Assembly: GCF_006345805.1 (NCBI RefSeq)
Contig: NW_021827506.1
Coordinates: forward strand, 1-28,222
From: Octopus sinensis
Taxonomy: Eukaryota
Direction: 5' to 3'
Length of the DNA stretch: 28,222 nucleotides
How positions within the stretch are numbered: position 1 is the first letter of the stretch; every line of letters begins with the position of its first letter. The notes beneath the pieces were generated by a model. It had not been told where the DNA came from. It did not search any database and saw only the letters and a program-made list of their open reading frames with translations. Below are positions 11,989 through 22,576 of the stretch, piece after piece. The translations under genes and the position numbers were made by a program.

Positions 11989-12359
11989 CCTTTTAGCATT
12001 TAAACTGTCCATATCCATTTCCAGGTATTCTACCTGCTTATGGTCAAACCAACCAGATCCAGCCTCTCACACCGACCCCACAATGACATTCTAAAAATAT
12101 ATAATCACGTAAACAAAATACCTATTTCTTTACTACCCTCAAGGGGCTAAACACAGAAGGGACAAACAAGGACAGACAAACGGATTTAGTCGATTATATC
12201 GACCCCAGTGCGTAACTGGTACTTATTTAATCGATCCCGAAAGGATGAAAGGCAAAGTCGACCTGGGCGGAAAGCTATAAGGTAGTGTGTGATTAATTCA
12301 AAACGACACGAATAAACAAGCATTATATTTGACAGAGTAATAATCCGAATGCTCAATAG
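11989..12359. mobile_element. piggyBac-type non-autonomous MITE
   Basis: TTAA at 11985-11988 and 12360-12363; degenerate TIRs CCTTTTAGCATT / AATGCTCAATAG (9/12); interrupted by SINE D. Confidence 0.55.
12112..12272 (-). mobile_element. SINE family D, 5'-truncated, nested in a TTAA-flanked MITE
   Basis: Near-identical to 20161-20315. Confidence 0.88.
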
Positions 12360-12375
12360 TTAAGACGATAAAGTG

Positions 12376-12420
12376 TGACTTGAGGGGGATTCGGGTGATA
12401 TTTATAGCAAGTCGAGCGAC
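12376..12420 (-). repeat. Family F core fragment
   Basis: Reverse complement GTCGCTCGACTTGCTATAAATATCACCCGAATCCCCCTCAA. Confidence 0.45.
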
Positions 12421-12969
12421 GTTGTCTGTGCGTCAGCTCGTAGAATCTAAGTTACTAACCCATCTGCCTACTTATCCATTCACTCATCCAGCAATAATCC
12501 ATTCGGAAAAGATTAGTAAACAGATAAGAGGAGTAGTAATCTCTGCAGCAATTTCCGAAACTGGTGAGATCGATATGTTTGATATTCCGCTTGAATATCA
12601 TTCAATTGATCTCAACAGGAAAAAAAAATACCTGGGTAAAAACGGAATTCCATGGTCTGCTGCTCGGCAGAGTCAGAAATGAGGAAAGGATTGGAATGAG
12701 GACCTTGGGGAAGGAGAGTGACACAATACCTCGTGTGCGCCTGTGTCTCTATGTCAATCCACCCCTTTACCTTACCCGCCCTCTTTTCCACCTTGCATTC
12801 CATCTGTCCACTCATTTAGCTTGTCTACAGTCATGTGATCGTGCTATTTATCCTGATCAATTAATCAACTGATCCAACTTTCTAACAGACATACACCACC
12901 AGCCCATCTCTCTGGCCAGCCAACCATCCACTCACATTTTCCCTCTGTACTCATCAAAAATCATCCATC

Positions 12970-13345
12970 TGTCCATTCCATCTTTTGATGTGTATTCCTT
13001 TCTCTCTCTCATCTATCTGTCTTATCTCTCCAAGCATCCAGTAATCTCTATCAACCAATCTGTCTATCTATCTATCTATCTACCTACCTATCTATCTAGG
13101 TCTGTTCCATCTTTTGGTATGTATTTCTATCTAACCATCCCTCTCTCTCATCTATGTGCCTTATCTATCCAAGCATCCATTAATCTCTCTCTCTATCTAT
13201 CTATCTATCTGTCTGTCTGTTCCATCTTTTGATATGTATTCCCTCTCTCTCCTATCTATCTGGTCTTGTGTAACTAAACATCTATTAATCTCTCTATCTA
13301 CCAATCTATCTATCTGTCTGTCTGTCTCTCTATCTATCTATCTCG
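12970..13345. repeat. Degenerate three-unit tandem repeat (115-129 bp) built on (CTAT)n
   Basis: Anchor TTCCATCTTTTG at 12976, 13105 and 13220. Confidence 0.8.
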
Positions 13346-13921
13346 CTATCCATTCATCCATCATTACGCGTAGTCCATAGTGCCATACCACAATAATCTG
13401 TCCATGTTCTCAAAAATCACGTACCGACAGGAATCAATGGTTACACAAGACATTTCCTTTTTTTTTTTTTTTTTTTTTTTTTACTTCTGAAATCTAAAAT
13501 AATCTACACTAAATAAACAGCAGCAACACTAACACTACAGCTGTCCGTCTGTATGACTGGTTGATCTTCACGCCGCCTACTGCTGGCCTAGAGACCATGT
13601 CCTGTAAATTGCAGTTGAGAAACCGGAAACATGCCAATACTTCACCAATACTTCATTTTTTTTTCGACATTTTTCCTTTTTGTTTTCGAGTGTGTTTTTT
13701 ATTATAAATTTCTATTTATTTTTATCTTTCAAGACAAACAAAGAACCAATGAGTGAAGGCATGACTTCAATTACTTTCAAATTTATTTATTTTCTTTTTT
13801 TTTTTTCAATTGAACCCATCTAATAAACCATCTATCTATCGAACCCTCCATCTGTCCATCCGTTTATATATATATCTGATTTCTGTAGTAAAAGGTAAAT
13901 TAAATGCAAACAAATGCATAT

Positions 13922-14205
13922 AACAACAACAACAATAATCCCTTCTACTATAAGCAGGTCTGAAACTGGGAGTGGGGATAGTCGACTCCATCGACCCCAG
14001 TGCATTACTGGTAATGGTTTCATCAACCTCGAAAGAATGAAGGGCAAAGTTGACTACGACGGACTTTGAACTAAGAGCATAAGGACGGTTGTAATGCCGC
14101 TAAACATTTAGCCCGGCGAGCTAACCATTCAGCCAGCTTATCACCATAATAATAATCTTTTCTACTAAAGGTACAAGGCTTGAAACTTTTGGGGAGGAGA
14201 GGGAT
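13922..14205 (-). mobile_element. SINE family D copy (13922-14145) plus adjacent tail fragment (14146-14205)
   Basis: Same motifs as the 19136-20392 array. Confidence 0.75.
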
Positions 14206-14473
14206 ATCCAATGACTGTAGATCATCTTCATCACCACCACCACCAACAACAACAACAACAACACAACTATCGCCAACAGTAACAAGCAAATTTCTCTTCA
14301 TCGTACGAGGAAGAATTCTGAGAATTCTTTGAAAAAGAAAACCTGTTACAGGGACAGGAAAACAAAGTTGCACCACCCAAGAGATATGAAAACAATTTAT
14401 AAAAACTACCGGAACTGTTCATCTCCAAGCATAAAGCGAACCACAAGGGGGGGGTGTGTGTGTGTGTATATAT

Positions 14474-14595
14474 CTGTTGAAGAGCGTAGGCTCGAAACGT
14501 TAAAGACTTGTTTTATTTATATTTCCTGAGCGCCATACTAATTCGTTTGTTTTCCACCTGCCTTCGTCTTTTGTCTATTTTCATAAAGCTTCCCG

Positions 14596-14597
<2 letters not shown>
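14474..14597 (+). mobile_element. Penelope-like terminal-repeat remnant starting with a degenerate minimal hammerhead motif (14474-14506)
   Basis: CTGTTGA-A-GAGC-GTAG-GCTC-GAAACGT-T-AAAGA, flanked by (TG)n/(TA)n. A6 is replaced by U and the 5' strand of stem I is missing. Confidence 0.5.

Positions 14598-14640
<43 letters not shown>
14597..14640. repeat. (TA)n microsatellite
   Basis: Seen directly. Confidence 0.95.
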
Positions 14641-14646
<6 letters not shown>

Positions 14647-14890
14647 AGAGAGAAATTGTAGAAAAACAAGCTGTGAGGGCCTAGTATTATGGTGGTACAT
14701 AGTAAACGCTCGCGGACCACAATGTCAAGAGAGACTAGTAGCCAAAAACAACAAACAACCTTGTGGTAATAACGTAAGGTAAAAGCGCAACACGAGAGGA
14801 AGAGAATATTAATCAAGATCACTGAATAAACGCCTCTTATATCAGACCCACACATTACATGCATGCATGTGCTTGCATGTGTGCATTTAT

Positions 14891-15027
14891 ACTCTTTACT
14901 CTTTTATTTGTTTCAGTCATTTGATTGCGGCCATGCTGGAGCACCGCCTTTGGTCGAGCAAATCGACCCCAGGACTTACTCTTTGTAAGCCTAGTACTTA
15001 ATCGATCGGTCTCTTTTTGCCGAAGCG
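14891..15027 (-). mobile_element. SINE family A, 3' fragment
   Basis: Reverse complement of 15478-15600. Confidence 0.85.
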
Positions 15028-15219
15028 ATATATATATATAATATATTCAATTGAATGGACAAAAAATAAGATAGGTAGCGTTATATTAAGTTCCAAATTT
15101 TAAACAGTAACACAACAGAGCAAACAGAAAATTCACATACGAGACGGGACGTTGCTAATTCCTCGTCAGTTATCGCCCAAAAGATCCTTACAATATCACG
15201 CCTATATATATATATATAT

Positions 15220-15600
15220 AGACGCAGGAGTGGCTGTGTGGTAAGTAGCTTGCTTACCAACCACATGATTCCAGGTTCAATCCCACTGCGTGGCACCTTG
15301 AGCAAGTGTCTTCTACTGTAGCCTCGGGCCGACCAAAGCCTTGTGAGCGGATTTGGTAGACGGAAACTGAAAGAGGCCCGTCGTATATATGTATGTGTGT
15401 ATATGTTAGTGTATTACTGTTTGTCTCCAACATCGATTGACAACCGATGTTGGTGTGTTTACGCCCCCGTACATTAGCGGTTCGGCAAAAAGAGACCGGT
15501 AGAATAAGTACTAGGCTTACAAAGAATAAGTCCTCGGGTCGATTTGCTCGAGCATGGCCGCAGTCAAATGACTGAAACAGGTAAAAGAGTAAAAAGAGAG
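15220..15600 (+). mobile_element. SINE family A, full length (tRNA-like head, CORE-like CCTTGAGCAAG segment)
   Basis: A-box-like TGGCTGTGTGGTAAG, B-box-like GGTTCAATCCC, tail GTAAAAGAGTAAAAAGAG. Confidence 0.9.
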
Positions 15601-15852
15601 ATATATACACACACACAAATACGCACACGCACAACAAAAGCACCTTCTACCAACTCCTAAACCACCACCACCATTGCTATTATAATCATCACCAAAGACG
15701 CAAGCCTGAAAGTGAAAACCGACACCATTAACCATTTTCTATTGTAAGCAGTAGTAATAGTAGTAGCAGCAATGTCACTCGGTCCACATACAACCAAACA
15801 CCGAGTTACAAATGTGTAAACATGCAGCGCGCCCATGTCTATCTGTGCAAAT

Positions 15853-16000
15853 GTTATTGTTTAGCTCTGATCAGAAGCCGAGGACATCACAGCTATTTCC
15901 AGTATGTTGGAAACCGAGGACATCTTAGAGAGTTGTGTGTGACTAAAGAGAGACTTGGCCGTGATTTCTAGCAGATTCAGCGACCATATACAGGACCCTT
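15853..16000 (-). repeat. Family F copy with GCTAAACAA tail
   Basis: Reverse complement GGTCGCTGAATCTGCTAGAAATCACGGCCAAGTCTC..AGAGCTAAACAATAAC. Confidence 0.55.
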
Positions 16001-16089
16001 CGTTGGCTTGTGTGTGTGAGAGAGAGAGAGTGTGCAATGCTTGTGTATAGTGACATTTGATTCTATATGTGTATGCCTTGCATTGCATC

Positions 16090-16190
16090 TATGTGTGTGT
16101 GTGTGTGTGTGTGTGTCAGAGATTTTCAGTGCAACCATTCATGTATGTGTGTGTATGTATACATGTATGTATGTATGTATATATGTGGAC

Positions 16191-16242
<52 letters not shown>

Positions 16243-16260
16243 CTTACGTACATACATATA
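16090..16260. repeat. (TG)n/(TATG)n/(TA)n microsatellites
   Basis: Seen directly. Confidence 0.9.
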
Positions 16261-16671
16261 TGTTCTCTTCTATTTTTCATTATTTTAAATTTTCCTGTAA
16301 GAAAGGAGCAGGTTTCCAACAAAGATTCGAAGTTCCATCATTGGAATGTAGATAATATGTATGTACACGTGACGTACGTACGTACGTATGTCTGTATGTA
16401 TGTGTGCGCGCGCTAGTGGTGTGTGTGTATGTGTGTTGAAAGTCTGGGCGTTTTCAAAGGTGTGGGCGCGCGCACTTTCGCATGTTGACTTACGAAGGGG
16501 AGAAAACATGTTTACACATTAAATTTTCATCGTGTTTTTATCGAATGCTAACCCCCAAAGGAGTAAAAAAAAGCCAGGTTAAACGTACGCTAACCAACGA
16601 CATCACCACCACCACCACCACCACCACCACCCAACTACAACCACCACTGCCACCATTTCACTCAACAATAT

Positions 16672-17161
16672 CAAACCGCCACCCCACCCCCCCAACAACC
16701 ACCACCACCCCACCCCCGAACAACCACCACCACCCCACCCCCGAACACCACCACCACCCCACCCCCGAACACCACCACCACCCCACCCCCGAACAACCAC
16801 CACCACACCCCACCCCCGAACACCACCACCCCACCCCCGAAAACCACCACCACCCCACCCCCCGACCAACCACCACCACCCCACCCCCGAACAACCACCA
16901 CCACCCCACCCCCCGAACAACCACCACCACCCCACCCCCCGACCAACCACCACCACCCCACCCCCCGAACAACCACCACCCCCCACCCCCGAACAACCAC
17001 CACCACCCCACCCCCCGAACAACCACCACCACCCCACCCCCGAACAACCACCACCACCCCACCCCCGAACAACCACCACCACCCCACCCCCGAACACCAC
17101 CACCACCCCACCCCCCCGACAACCACCACCACCCCACCCCCGAACAACCACCACCACCCAC
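16672..17161. repeat. C-rich minisatellite of about 25 bp (CCCCACCCCCGAACAACCACCACCA), about 19 units
   Basis: 18 CCGA anchors counted; no T on the + strand across the tract. Confidence 0.95.
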
Positions 17162-17234
17162 GTTAATCTGCAATGCTAATGTATTTTTCACAGCTTTGAT
17201 GGCGCACATTTTCACCAAAACACTTAAAAGGATT

Positions 17235-17237
<3 letters not shown>

Positions 17238-17281
<44 letters not shown>
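17238..17281. repeat. (ATA)n microsatellite
   Basis: Seen directly. Confidence 0.95.
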
Positions 17282-17283
<2 letters not shown>

Positions 17284-17700
17284 AACGAATACATTGATAA
17301 TTATTTATTGCCGCTATATTTTGTCATTGTTATATTTTTATCCTTTCAATAATAAAACAGGAGAAATTGTGGCAAAAAAAAAGAAATGGGGTTGGACAAG
17401 AAAAAGTAAAAAAAAAAAGAGCATTTGAGGGTCATTTGTTTGCAGAAACGATTAGCGACGGTAAAAGCTTGACCTCGGCACACTAAAATATGCTCGTTCC
17501 ATGGCCATCAGCCGTCTGTCAGTCAGTCAGTCGGCCGGTCGGTCGGTTTCTCTCTCTCTCCACACTTTCGACAGTGAAATATGAAACTTCAACGCGAGTA
17601 GAGAAAAACCTAACATCAACGACCTTTCTCAGTCAGTTTGTTTTCAGAAAATGGACACCACGCCTCTAAAAGGAACGTCGGCAAGTAAATCGACTAAGGG

Positions 17701-17780
17701 AGACTGGGTTGATTGGCAGCTAAAAATAGCAGCCAAACCTCCGTCAACACAACGTCACTGCTTTAAAAAAGGACACTGCA
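17701..17780 (+). repeat. Family F core fragment
   Basis: GCTAAAAATAGCAGCCAAACCTCC..CTTTAAAAAAGGAC. Confidence 0.55.
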
Positions 17781-17812
17781 TATACATACACGCGCGCACA
17801 CACACACACACA

Positions 17813-17835
17813 TCTTCTATTATATAAAATCCGTT

Positions 17836-17870
<35 letters not shown>

Positions 17871-18038
17871 TTCTAGGATCTCGGGCATCCTCCATCCGAT
17901 TGCGCTCAAATTTGATGTGTAGATACCGACGGTATCAGAGCGTTTATAAGTCTTGAAAAAATTACAAAAATCGATTCCAGGTGAGAATGCGATCGATAAA
18001 GCCATGGGAACGTGCATTTGTTGCGATGTACTTACTGG
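17813..18038 (+). mobile_element. Non-autonomous Helitron-like (DINE/HINE-style) element
   Basis: A|TC start with TCTATTATATAAAA, internal (TG)n, CCGATTGCGCTCAAATTT motif, CTGG|T end (CTRR). The subterminal hairpin is weak. Confidence 0.45.
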
Positions 18039-18155
18039 TACTTTAAACTCTTCGGTTGCATATTTGTGAGAATAAAATCGTTTTTCTTTGGCTTAGAAAA
18101 AAAATCTATCTTTATTTCTTCTTTTGCTGGTGTCTCACTCAAATTTCGGTTAAAT

Positions 18156-18386
18156 CAGTGTTTCTCAAAGAGGGGGGCTATGGGACGGTCGGACAAGTTG
18201 TTTTGAGAAAATTTGGTTTAAACGTTTGACAACTCAGCACCGTCCATTAGATGGGGAGGGGTTGCTCATACACCATATTTAACGTGGTGTAAGAAGCGGT
18301 TTTTCTTTAATGCATAAAAAAATTGCCCTGCGTCTAATGTGGCGATATTACGGACGGGAAACCGAGTGCCCTGGGTTAAGAAACTG
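18156..18386. mobile_element. Possible degraded hAT-Charlie MITE
   Basis: Starts CAGTGTTTCTCAAA, possible right end TTAAGAAACTG; no matching TSD. Confidence 0.3.
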
Positions 18387-18757
18387 CATAAGAAAAAGCA
18401 GATATACACAATAATTACTACTGATAATAAAATATTGGAAACAAAGCCAAAATTTCGAGGTCAGTTGGCACAAACTTAAGGCAGTTTTGTGGGTAGATCA
18501 CATGATCTCATTATACCTCATCACCTACCCAGCATACATAACCCACACCTAATGTATGTCTTACATTATTTATCTTTCAGAAACATCTCTCAAAAACTTA
18601 TCTAAATGAAAACTTATCCTGAAAAGGTGAAAGCAATGTTAAAGCTTTCATTGTCGTTGCAAACCAATGTGACAAATCAAATCATCAGACTATACAATCA
18701 TACCAGTTTCATAATACCTTGTGTTTCTCATGTCAGCCAGTCTCTGTATGGTAGTAT

Positions 18758-19126
18758 GGAGGCGCAATGGCCCAGTGGTTAGGGCAGCGGACTCGCGGTC
18801 GCAGGATCGCGGTTTCGATTCCCAGACCGGGCGTTGTGAGTGTTTATTGAGCGAAAACACCTAAAGCTCCACGAGGCTCCGGCGGGGGATGGTGGTGATC
18901 CCTGCTGTACTCTTTCACCACAACTTTCTCTCACTCTTTCTTCCTGTATTTCAAAGGGCCGGCCTTGTCACTCTCTGTGTCACGCTGAATATCCCCGAGA
19001 ACTACGTTAAGGGTACACGTGTCTGTGGAGTGCTCAGCCACTTACACGTTAATTTCACGAGCAGGCTGTTCCGTTGGTCGGATCAACCGGAACCCTCATC
19101 GTCGTAACCGACGGAGTGCTTCCAAA
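18758..19126 (+). mobile_element. SINE: tRNA head + body B + tail 1, full length
   Basis: A box TGGCCCAGTGG and B box GGTTTCGATTCC. Probable TSD TGTATG(G/C)TAGT at 18745-18755 and 19127-19137. Confidence 0.9.
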
Positions 19127-19135
19127 TGTATGCTA

Positions 19136-20392
19136 GTGGTGGTGGTGGTGGTAGTAGTAATCCTTTCTACTATAGACACAGGATTGAAATTTGGGGGGGA
19201 GGGAGCATAGTCGATTACATTGACTCTAGTACTTAAATGGTACTTATTTTATCGACTCCGAAAGGATGAAAAGCAAAGTCGACCTGGGCGGAATTTGAAC
19301 TCAGAAACGCAAAGACAGACGAAGTGCCACTAAGCATTCTGTCCAGCTAGCTAACGATTCTGCCAGCTCGCCGCCTTAAATAATAATAAGTCTTTTTTTT
19401 TTTTTTACAGTAGGCACAAGGCCTGGAATTTGTGGGGAAGGGGGTAAGTCGATCATATCGATCGCCAGTACTTGACTGGTGCTTAATTTATCGACCCAGA
19501 AAGGATGAAAGGCAAAGTCTACGGTATTTGAACTCAGAACGTAGAGACAGACGAAATGCCGCTAAGCATTTTGCCCGGTGTGCTAACGTTTCTGCCAGCA
19601 CGCCGCCTTCATAATAATAATAATAATAATAATCCTTTCTACTGAAGGTACAAGGCCCTGAAATTTGCGGGGAGGGAACTAGTCGATTATATCGATCCAA
19701 GTACTTGAACTCGGTCTTATTTGAACTCAGAACGTAGCGGCAGATGAAATGCCACTAAACACTTCGCCCAGCGAGCTTACGATTCTGCCAGCTCAGCACC
19801 TTTGATGATGATGATGATCCTTTCTACATAAGACAAGGCCTTAGATTTGGAGGGGACTAGTTGATTACATCGATCCCAGTGTTTCACTGGTACTTAATTT
19901 ATCGACTCCGAAAGGATGAAAGGCAAAGTCGACCTCGGCGGAATTTGAACTCTGAACCTGAAGACGGACGGAGTGCTGCTAAGCATTTTGCCCGGCGTGC
20001 TAACAATAATAACTACTTCAAATTTTAGCCGCAAGGGCAGCACGGAGGAGGTGGGGATGAGTCGATTACATCGACCCCAGTGTACAACTGGTACTTATTT
20101 TATCGACCCCCGAAAGGATGGAGGACAAAGTGGACCTCGGCGGAATTTGAACTCAGGGCGAAATACCTATTTCTTTACTACCCACAAGGGGCTAAACACA
20201 GAGAGGACAAACAAGGACAGACAAAGGGATTAAGTCGATTATATCGACCCCAGTGCGTAACTGGTACTTATTTAATCGACCCCGAAAGGATGAAAGGCAA
20301 AGCCGACCTCGGCGGAATTTGAACTCAGAACGTAGCGACAGACGAAATACTGCTAAGCATTTCGCCCGGCGTGCTAACGATTCTGCCGCCTT
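19136..20392 (-). mobile_element. Array of six head-to-tail SINE family D copies
   Basis: Units end (+ strand) near 19377, 19609, 19802, 20004, 20156 and 20392. Four of the five junctions are TAA/TGA trinucleotide runs; the 20156/20157 junction has none. Confidence 0.9.
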
Positions 20393-21443
20393 AACAATAA
20401 CAATAATGATGATGATGGCGATGATGACTATCGCTAGAATTATCAAATGAGTTGACACTTTGCAAAGGTGCCCAAACCATATGTTTGGCTTTAACACCTT
20501 TGCTGCTTGTTTTGCTTGTATCGCAGTAGGAACGGTGTGTCGGTGTTCCTGAAGGTAGTGGTGGTCACGGCAGCGGCGGCGGTGACAAAGCAAAAAACAG
20601 GAAAAAACAACAAAAAATAACCCCAAACAAAACCATAATAAAATTTAATGTTTTTCTTTCACCCGGCATTCAGTCAAAAATACGACGAACATGAAATTTT
20701 GCCGACCCCTGTTCCTTTCCAAATTATTATTTTTCGTCTGTGTGTTTTTTTGTTTTTTTTAGTTGTGTAGTTTTTGTTTCTAATCAGTCGCTCTTTTCGC
20801 TTCCACATACATCACATCACCATAGTCGTCACCTACCACCACCACCACCATCAATTATCACCACCACCATCGCAGGCTATTATCATCATCGCCATTATCA
20901 TCACTAGGCTTCCTTATCGTCGTTATCTCTCACCCGCCTCCACCCTACCACCACCACCACCACCACCACCCAGTCACAATAAACAAACAAATGAATGTAT
21001 GAATATATAAACAGATGAAAGCTGACAACAATAAACGAAGTGTCAATGGGGTTGAAAACCTCAGAGAGAAAACGAGAGAGAGAGAGAGAGAGGAGTGAGA
21101 GATGATGGCTTTGATAAATGCCTCATTTAATGGTTGATGATGGTGGTGGTGGTGGTGGTGGTGGTAGCGGTGTTTGTGGCGGTGGCGGTGGTGGTGGTGG
21201 TGACATAAAAAGACGGCAGAAGCAGATACTTTGGTGGATAGCACAATTGTCTCTCCTCTTCTTACCCCAATAAACCACAAAAGCCACAAAAGCAACAACA
21301 TTTAGTCACCGTTTATTATCAATTAATAGCCGTCATTCAACAACGACGAATTAAAAAAACTATACACACAGAGCAGAAGTAGGCCTTGATGTGACGGGTG
21401 GACTGGACTGGCCGGTTAAAAATAGCAGCCAAATCTTTTAAAA

Positions 21444-22383
21444 CAGGGGTTTCGCAAGTACGGTCTTTCATCGCTATTTTTTTCCGGTTGACCCTCAAAG
21501 CCATTTGAAGTTTAGAAACTAGTTTTATAGAAACCTTTTTTTTTTTTTTAAATTCATATAATCTTCTTGCTTCCGAACTACATGGTTCCAGGTTCAGTCC
21601 CACTGCGTGATACCTTGGGCAAAGTACCTTCTGCTATAAGCCTCGGACCGACCAAAGCTTTGTAAGTGGATCTGGTAGGCGGGAACTGAAAAAATCCTGT
21701 CGTATGTGTGTGTTGTATATATATATATATATATATAATATATATATATTTTAGTTTAACAAATCGACCCCAGAGCTTTTTAAAGCCTAGTACGTATTCT
21801 ACTAGTCATTTTTGCCGAACCGCTAAGTTACGGGAACGTAAACGCACTAACACCGGTTGTCAAGCGATGATGGAGGTACAAACACACTTTAAGATACACA
21901 TACACACACCGACGTGTGTGTATGTGTGTGTATATATATATATATATATACACACAGACACATACATACATACACACACGTCTGTGTGTGTGTGTGTGTA
22001 TCTTAAAGTGTGTTTGTACTCCCATCATCGCTTGACAACCGGTGTTAGTGCGTTTACGTCCCCGTAACTTAGCGGTTCGGCAAAAATGACTAATAGAATA
22101 CGTACTAGGCTTTAAAAAGCTCTGGGGTCGATTTGTTAAACTAAAATCCTTCAGGACGGTGCTCCAGGAAGGCCGCAATCAAATGACAAACAAATATAAA
22201 AATAAAAGAACATTGTGTAGGTTGAACAATGTAAAATGTGAGAAAAAGAATCCGAGGCGAAATTTTTTCAGGGGCTCTTAAATTACTATTGCGGGTCCCC
22301 AAGTTACTATTTGGCTGTGTAGACACCACAAATATTTTATATGGACACTCAGGGGCCATATCGACCACCATTGACAACCACTG
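21444..22383. mobile_element. hAT (Charlie-like) MITE interrupted by SINE A
   Basis: Ends CAGGGGTTTCGCAA..TTGACAACCACTG. 8-bp flanks TTTTAAAA / TTTTACAC (6/8, central TA). Confidence 0.6.
21566..22210 (+). mobile_element. SINE family A carrying an internal inverted duplication (21748-22147)
   Basis: Arranged head-(TA)n-inverted middle-(TA)n-middle-tail. Confidence 0.85.
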
Positions 22384-22480
22384 TTTTACACAAATGGAGA
22401 GGGGTAGCTTCTATGTTGTTTGGGAACTAGCCGACTAGAAATAACAGCCAAATCTCCCTTTAAAATACACAGAGGAGTGG

Positions 22481-22576
22481 GGCGGAGTAAAGAATACGCA
22501 CACCACCCGTTTTCGGCATAATAAAAACTCTAAACCTAACCCTAAACACCGGGTGTGCGTATTATTTACCTTCGCC
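22481..22576. mobile_element. 96-bp MITE with about 27-bp TIRs and 9-bp TSD (MULE- or Merlin-like)
   Basis: GAGGAGTGG at 22472-22480 and 22577-22585. TIRs GGCGGAGTAAAGAATACGCACACC.. / ..GGGTGTGCGTATTATTTACCTTCGCC. Confidence 0.75.

Noticed and set aside
15140-15170. Minus-strand CTGACGAGG..GCAACGTC hammerhead-like motif
   Set aside because: No stem II, no GAAA and no stem I pairing; at most a deleted remnant.
16482-17297. Long ORFs of 158-271 aa on both strands
   Set aside because: Artefact of the T-free/A-free minisatellite, where stop codons cannot occur.
18758-18831. tRNA-like sequence with A and B boxes
   Set aside because: No proper acceptor stem, and it continues into a SINE body with a probable TSD; it is a SINE head.
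19136-20392. CRISPR-like repeat/spacer periodicity
   Set aside because: Units are about 150-250-bp diverged SINEs joined by microsatellites in a spliceosomal intron; no unique spacers and no cas genes.
22530-22546. Interstitial telomeric repeat
   Set aside because: Only one true CCCTAA unit, inside a MITE.
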